This document shows positions 40,101 to 48,867 of a stretch of DNA of 64,000 bases, piece after piece. The notes beneath the pieces were generated by a model that saw only the letters and a program-made list of their open reading frames with translations, was not told where the DNA came from and made no database searches. Each line of letters begins with the position of its first letter. Position 1 is the first letter of the stretch. Position numbers and translations under genes: made by a program. This DNA is from Octopus vulgaris. Its lineage: Eukaryota. The DNA lies in NCBI GenBank assembly GCA_951406725.2, contig OX597816.1:171368001-171432000 (forward strand), given 5' to 3'.

Positions 40101-43100
40101 CGGGTTCAGTCCCACTGCGTGGCATCTTGGGCAAGTGTCTTCTGCTATAGCCCCAGGCCGACCAATGCCTTGTGAGTGGATTTGGTAGACAGAAACTGAA
40201 AGAAGCCTGTCGTATATATGTATATATATATGTATGTATGTGAATGTGTTTGTCCCCTTAGCATTGCTTGACAACCGATGCTGGTGTGCTTACGTCCCCG
40301 TCACTTAGCGGTTCAGCAAAAGAGACCGATAGAATAAGTACTGGGCTTACAAAGACTAAGTCCCGGGGTCGATTTGCTCGACTAAAGGTGGTGCTCCAGC
40401 ATGGCCGCAGTCAAATGACTGAAACATGTAAAAAGAGTAAAGAGAGCAGTTAACTTGTCCTAGTAATTTCTTTATCTAAGTAGAAAGTCAAGACTTTATA
40501 GATCCAATAAATTTCTCTTTGCCTATCCTATGTGGCCCGTGATACACGGAACACATTCCCCTGATGTCTAGACATCATATATAACACACATTCCCAACTT
40601 CTTTTTAACAACCAAAATAACTTGGGACTTATGAAAGGAAAGCTTTATCTTACTCAGAACATATGAAACAAGGGCTAACTAGAAGAGTGTGCAAGTGTGT
40701 GTGTGTGTGTGTGTTTGTACACACACAAACACACATGCACATGTGATAACTTTAACCAACCGCCACTCCACTGGTTATGACTACGGAGGTTCCATTTGAT
40801 CCAATCAACAGAACAGCTTGCTCATGAAATTAACATGCAAGTGGCTGAGTATTCCATAGACACGTATACCCTTAATGTAGTTCTCAGTGAGATTCAGCAA
40901 CATACAGAATGCGATATGGCTGGCCCTTCGAAATACGGATACTACTCATGTTTGCCCCCTGAGTGGACTGGGACGGCATGCTCAAGAGCACAACACAACA
41001 CTGGGAATTGAACTCACAATCTTAAAATTGTGAGCTGAATATCCTAACTAAGCCATGCACCTGCACTACATATATGTACAGAGAGAGAGAGAGAGAGAGT
41101 ACAAAATGAAACACTATCAGCTAATCAGAAATGACATAACATAAAACAGAGAAACAACATTTTGAGTAGTTGATGCTTGTAAAATTCTCTGGGGGAAAGT
41201 TCTTCTAGCTTCAACAAAAGTAGGATGAGATCAATAAAAAAAAAAAAGAGGTAAATCAAATAAGATCAATAACAAACAAAAATTATGATTCTGGAATTCA
41301 ATATTTGATTATACAAGTGATAGCCCAAGATTTTTTTTTTTTTTTTTTTTTTTTTTCTAGTTTCAGCTCAGAGCTGCGGCCATGCTGATGCACCACCATT
41401 GTTTAGGAATAAATTTTGTAAAGCCAGAAAGGAACTACTTACAACATTATGATAAAAATTTGTATTTTCTCGGTTGTTTTCTAATGTACTTTTGACATCA
41501 GGTGGAGTAAGTTTTGGTGGACTAGACACGGGATCTGAAACACAAAAAATTTTAACATGAATATTTTTCATCTAATGTGTGTGTATATATATATATATAT
41601 AAACTTTATTTCTAGAAATTGTTATAAAGAATAATGTTTACAAAATTAAAGCTTAATTGCACAAATAAATAAAATTAATTTATTTCTACATCAAGAGTAA
41701 ATTTGAAATTTGTAACTAGGAGCAAGGTCAATTTTTTTAAGGTACAAGAATAGTAAATTGAGTTAATTCAATAAAATACATTTGTATCAACCATGAAAGG
41801 TTGGACATCATGTCAAGCCTTGTAGCTTTTTAAACAGATTCATCCACTGAAATACTAAAATGGATGCAGAATAATTTACTCTGCAATTTTCAAGAGCTCC
41901 AGTACTTTAAGGCTTTCTAATGAAATAATTTATTTTCAATTAATTATGTTAGTTAAATGAACATTAGAGAAACTATAAAAGAGGAAAATTCTCTTACGGC
42001 TTCTTCCCATGGTGGGTCTTTCTAATACCAAGGCAATAATACACATCTATGGATTAAGCTTCCTAATAAACTAAAAGAGTTGACTATTTCATCAGAATTT
42101 GGCATAATTCTACATTTTTTTGTAATTAAAATCAGCTCATTCTTATAATAAAAGATCAGAAAATGAACATCTCATTTTCAATATCACTAAAATACAAATG
42201 ATTGATCTGAGTGAACTTTTGTTAAATACTTAGAAATCAATCTAGCAAAAAATAATAATGCGTTTAAAAACACAATACTGTGAGTTGGTATATTGTTATG
42301 AAATTAACTTAAAATAGATAAACTAAAAGAAAAATTGTAACAAAATCAAAAAGAGAAAAAGAAAGCAGCTAATGCGTAGGTATGATTATACTTTCTTTCA
42401 GAATTCTAATAAATTATCTATAGATAATGAAAGTAATTAATAATGCAGAAATAATTCAGAAAATATTACAAATCCATCATCTTCAAGAAGGATATTAAAT
42501 TTCAAAGCTATACATGTGACAGGTAAAAGAAAATAAACATGAGATGAACAGTGAAGACATAGAAATACATTACTTCTGTGGAAACGAAAACCAAAGGCAA
42601 GCAATATTTAATGAACATTGATGATTTCAAAACTTTCCTATATAGAAAATAGAAATCGATCCATTTAATAAATATTATCTGAGCATTTAAATAGGTTATC
42701 ATTAAACCAATAAGATATACACTGATTAATAGCAGGAGGGATAATATAACAATTATATCTAGGCAAATTGGAATACCAATTTCAAATTCACAAATTTAAC
42801 CTATGAGAACCATTCACATATATTTACATCAGTACAAAACTATTAAAGAAGCAAATTAACAATAACTATAAGCTATGAAATAAGCAAGAAAGTATGTTCC
42901 TCAATACCATATCAGAGATTAAAAATGTTTTCAGAATTACCTATACCACAACAAAAATAATACATACAGTACGAAACATTTGTAAACAACAAAAATTAAA
43001 TCCAGCAGAATGCTCTCATCATCAGTGCAACAAAATGACTACTATGCCCATTATTTTACCCTTGAGAAGCAGAGAATCATATGAACTGAAGTGGTAATAG

Positions 43101-45647
43101 AGAAAACAATGAATAGAATTAAAAAATGCAACATAGTTGAAACACAATTGAAATCATGTGCTCTAACTTGGAGCTTTCTATTAGCTATAAACAATGTAGC
43201 ATTGGTGACTCGGTGTTGGCTATACAATAGAAAAAACACTGCTCAGAGAGAATAATGAATGTCACAAACCACTACACAGGAGAATATGTGAGATGTAAAT
43301 AAAGTCACAGAAAAGCAAATAAATACCGAAATCACATTATTTCAAAAAATTTCTCTCAAACAATCTGGACAGACATCAATCACTGGAACATTTAGTAATA
43401 TTAGAACTCTCCTTTTTGCAAATGCTTTAAATATTTTTTCCCCTATAAACTTTTTTATATATATATACATATAGATTATCCCACTAAGCACCTCAACAAT
43501 AGACTCCCTATACTTGATACTAAACTTTGGTTAGAGACTGTGAACAATAGAGTGCAGCTACTCCACTCCTATTACATGAAACCTATAGCTTCAAAATATG
43601 TTGTTCACAAGAACTCAGCTTTATCACACATGAAAATAAACATACGGATAGCAGACTTAGTTAGGACTAGCAGTATCGCCCGGCGTTGCTCAGGTTTGTA
43701 AGGGAAATAACTATAAAGCATTTTTAGAGAGTTATAGCCAAAAAATGGAAAAAAATTATGGTAAATTTTTTTTTGAGAGTAAAAAAAGGTGGAGTTGCGT
43801 CCCCTAGACGGTTTATGTTTCTGATTCTCGACCCCATGTCGAATTTATCGATTTTTTTCAGAACTGGGGGAACTTTTCAAAATTTTCGCTGCGTTAGTTT
43901 TGAATTATGACATTGGGCTATGTGTGTGTCAAGTTTCATCAGAATCGGTTGAAAGCCGTGGTCAGGGTGAGGGTACAAGCAAACAGACACACAGAAACAC
44001 GCACAGACAAACTGCCGTTTATATAGAGAGAGATAATGAACAGCATGTCCTCATTATTTGAACCCTATGAAATGAAAAAATATATACAGAACTTCATGCA
44101 CTGCATGCAATTCTCTGGATATGATCAGAAAGATAGGGTTCGAGTATACAGGGGTGCTAGAAGGAAATTAGGTAACATTATACATAATGATACAAGTGGT
44201 ACCTGCCCTAGATATAGAAACAAAGACTGGAATATGATACAAAGAACTTGTGACAAAGCAAACAGGGCCAACAAATATCAAGGAGTGATGTTTCTAGATG
44301 CCACAGCCCATGGAGAACTAGTCCGTAGATTTAGAAAAGCCCTGAAGGAGACCAAACTCAATTAAGATTGTTGAAAAGCCAGGGAACTCCGTCAGATCAC
44401 AACTATGCAGGATGTACCCCTTTGAGAATACCATATGCAACAATGACAACTGTAGGATTAGCTCTGGCATTAATTGTAAAACTAGAAATGTAGTTTATAG
44501 CATAAGATGCATAGAAGGTGCTTGTAAAAACATGAACATGACATACATAGGGGAGACATCTAGGAGCATTGCGGAATGACTAAATGAACATTTGAGACGA
44601 TATGATGACAAAAAACTGTACTCCATACTCTACCAACATACCAAGGACCAACATAGAGGCAATCTGGGTCAACATGACATCCCCATCTTATCCAAGCACC
44701 CAAAAGACCCAACACTCAGACAAATATGGGAGTACGTCCTCATAAATGAAACTTCCCCAATACTAAATAGGAAATATACATAGTAGATATCATACCCCCC
44801 CCCCCCTACACACTGTTTACACAGGTTGAATAGAATAGTTAGTGGACTGTTTATGAAGATAGATGTATGTGTGTGTATGGGTGTATGTATAAATGTATAT
44901 GCACATGTATATAAGCATATGGATATGAAAGAAACTAGATCAACATACAGACGGACAGGTACATAGGTTATATGAACAGACAAGCACACATACACAAATG
45001 GAGACTAAAACACATGACCATATATACACACACACTTTACTTGACACAAAGACACATATGGAGACACACGTTCACACAAATGGAGATACACATCCATACA
45101 TACAAACTCGGTACATAGTTGCAAAACACACACACACAGACATGCACACACAAGGAGACAGAGGTAAACGCACACACATATACAAACGCACACACAGACA
45201 TAAAACACACAAACACAGACATGCAAACACATGAATATGCAGAATACATACATACATACATACATATGCACAAATACACACATATGCATATATACATGTG
45301 TATGTGCACACACATTGACCCAGACACATGCACACAAACAGACAAAAAGGAACGCAGTGTGAATAATGGACAGAGTCAAAATTATCGAAAAGGCTGCAAG
45401 ACGCAACGAAAATTTAAGAAAAATAAAAAGGAAACAAGTGGAAATTTTAGTGGGGTGTGTATTAAATTATAAGGCACTAAAAGAGAATGACTCTCCCCAG
45501 ACACAACAGAATATGCTTCAACACACGAACTCACATAAAGAATCTTGCAAACCAAATCCAAAAATGAAATATATAATCATATATATATATATTTTTTTTT
45601 ATCTAGTTTCAGCTCACGAGCTGTGGCCATGCTGGGGCACCGCCATT

Positions 45648-45690
<43 letters not shown>

Positions 45691-46364
45691 CACACACACA
45701 CACATATATGTAATACACATATAGGTATACATATGCATATATATGCACACATACAGACATGTACACATACACATTATATCTACATATATACATACATGTA
45801 TGTAAATATACACCCACAAGCATATGCACACATGCACTTGCATATATATGTGTACACACACATATGCGTGCACACGCATAAATATACAGTAAAAATAAGT
45901 TCTGTCTCAATCGGTAAAACAAAAGTCTAAAAGCACTGTTTTCATATATATATATATATATATACTCTTTTACTTGTTTCAGTCATTTGACTGTGGCCAT
46001 GCTGGAGCACCGCCTTTAGTCGAGCAACTTGACCCCGGGACTTATTCTTTTTGTAAGCCCAGTACTTATTCTATCGTTCTCTTTTTGCCGAACCGCTAAG
46101 TGACAGGGACGTAAAAACACCAGCATTGGTTGTCAAGCAATGCTAGGGGGACAAACACAGACACACAAACATACACACACATATATGTATATATACATAT
46201 ACACGACAGGTTTCTTTCAGTTTCCGTCTACCAAATCCACTCACAAGGCATTGGTCGGCCCGGGGCTATAGCAGAAGACACTTGCCTAAGATGCCACGCA
46301 GTGGGACTGAACCCGGAACCATGTGGTTGGTTAGCAAGCTACTTACTACACAGCCACTCCTGCG

Positions 46365-46400
<36 letters not shown>

Positions 46401-48096
46401 CCTAGTTTCAGCTCAGAGCTGCGGCCATGCTGATGCACCGCCGTTTGCATATCTGGAGCCCTTGCCCACTTTCTTCCTCCAGACACCTCCACCATATGTC
46501 AACTCTCAAAAAGCTTTTCCTTGATATCACTAATCTTTCTCACTGGCCAGAACCACCATGACACTTGATATCCACCTTTCAGCCTTTTTTTATTTTGATC
46601 TCATCCTGAGACACCAGATTATATCTCCGCCTCCACCACCACTGCACATCTCTCACTCCGCCCGCACCCCCATGCTCTATGCCTTCGCATGGACTGCAAC
46701 CTATGCAATCACACAGCATTCCTGTCTCACATGTTCATCATTCCTTTGCCTTCTGTATCAATATTACTCTGGCACAGTTCTTCACCCAACATGCATAATT
46801 GGACACCTCAACTCCCTATCCCTTATCCACCAGCCACTATACCCATCCCCTCAACACCTGTTCTTCATTCATTATATTCACACCAACCTCACTCATTTCC
46901 CCCCCTTCTCGCTCACTCTCCCATACAACTAACATCTACCCACCCACATTCCTGGTTCCTCTGACCCCATTCATCTAATACCTTGAGGATCCACCCACAC
47001 ACTTCATCACCACTATCTTTATCACTTCCCAGCTCCATGTGATAACACAGCCAATATTCTAGAACGACTAATCATGCAGCATCTCTAAAGCAAGGAAGCT
47101 GTTCAACTCAGGCCCCTACCTCCATGCTTTAACCCCTTCATCTCTGAGCACAGAGCTACTTCATTAGGGGGATCACAGTTTTGTAAGCTGCATTGTGACC
47201 TCACTAGTGATGACAGCAAAAGGAAAAAGCACCCACTACACACTAGGAAGGGGTTTCAGGTTAGGAAGGAGATCCAGCCAATAGAAACCATGCTGATACT
47301 TGAACAAGATGCAGTCCAGCTGCTCATTAGATCCTATGGAACATATATATACACACATATATATATATATATATATATATTTCGTTTTTGGATTTGGTTT
47401 GCAAGATTCTTTATGTGAGTTTGTGTGTTGAAGCATATTCTGTTGTGTCTGGGGAGAGTCATTGTCTTTTACTGCCTTATTATTTAACACACTCACCGGT
47501 AAAATTTCCACTTATTTCTTTTATTTTTCTAAAATTTTCGTTGTGTCTTTCAACCTTTTCAATAGTCTTGACTCTGTCCGTTATTTACACTGCGTTCCCT
47601 TTTGTTTGTTTGTGCACATGTGTGTGGGTCAATGGGTCAGTATGTCTGTGTGTGCCTATACATGCATGCATGTACGTATATGTGTGTGTGTGTTTGCATA
47701 CATGCATACAAACATGGTACAGAGTTACATAACACACACACACACACACAAGGAGACAGGGGTGCATACATATACAAACACATGCTCACACACACACACA
47801 GGAAATACACAAACATGGACAGGCAAGCACATAAATATGTAGGATGCGTACATACAGATGCACACACATACATACATATGCATACACACACATATATACA
47901 TACATACACATGCAAACACACACACACACATATATACGTACATGCATGCATGTATAGGCACAGTGTAAATAATGGACTATTGAAACGGTTGCAAGATGCA
48001 ACGAAAATTTTATAAAAAAAAAAAAAAAGAAGTGGGAATTTTACCGGTGAGTGTGTTAAAAGGCACTAAAAGAGAATAACTCCCCCCAGACACAAC

Positions 48097-48142
<46 letters not shown>

Positions 48143-48827
48143 TAAATTAGAGAATGGAGAAACATGCTTCTCCATTCTCTAATTTTGTAGTATTAATTTA
48201 CGGTAATATTATTACCTTTACCCATATAATACAATAGATGAACTGATTGTTTGACAATTTTTAACATCTATGTATTAGTCTTGTTGGGTACCTATCTGGC
48301 AGTATATTGGATATATATTATCCCATGGTGGGTTGAATTTTCAACCCCTATCTCATTTTATATATATATATATATATATACTTGGAAATGGATGTGTCAC
48401 AATCAATTAAATAATAAATAGTAAATATATTTCTTTATTGCCCGCAAGGGGCTAAACATAGAGGGGACAAGGACAAACAAAGGGATTAAGTCGATTACAT
48501 CGACCCCAGTGCATAACTGGTACTTAATTTATCAACCCCGAAAGGATGAAAGGCAAAGTCAGCAGTGCAAATAACATGAAATATGTAAAACAAATGAGTT
48601 AAATACATAAACAACAAGAAATAAATGGAAAACAGGACAAGTAAATGCAGAGAAAGGACCCTTCATCAGTTGTCAGCTGTCTATAATGCTCGAAATGGAG
48701 AGTAGATTGACAGCCGACAACTAATGAAGGGTCCTTTCTCTGTGATAACGTGTCCTGTTTTCCAATTTTTCTCATTTACGTATTTCATGTTATCTGCACG
48801 GTTGGTGATGTCCTGTACCCATATATG

Positions 48828-48867
<40 letters not shown>

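Noticed and set aside
44577-44579. In-frame TGA in the PLE endonuclease as possible selenocysteine
   Set aside because: It is at the conserved Arg of R..EH, so CGA to TGA decay is more likely, and the element has other lesions.
44860-48015. Many long ORFs rich in H/T/Y/I/C/V
   Set aside because: They are translations of (CA)n, (TA)n and (TG)n microsatellites.
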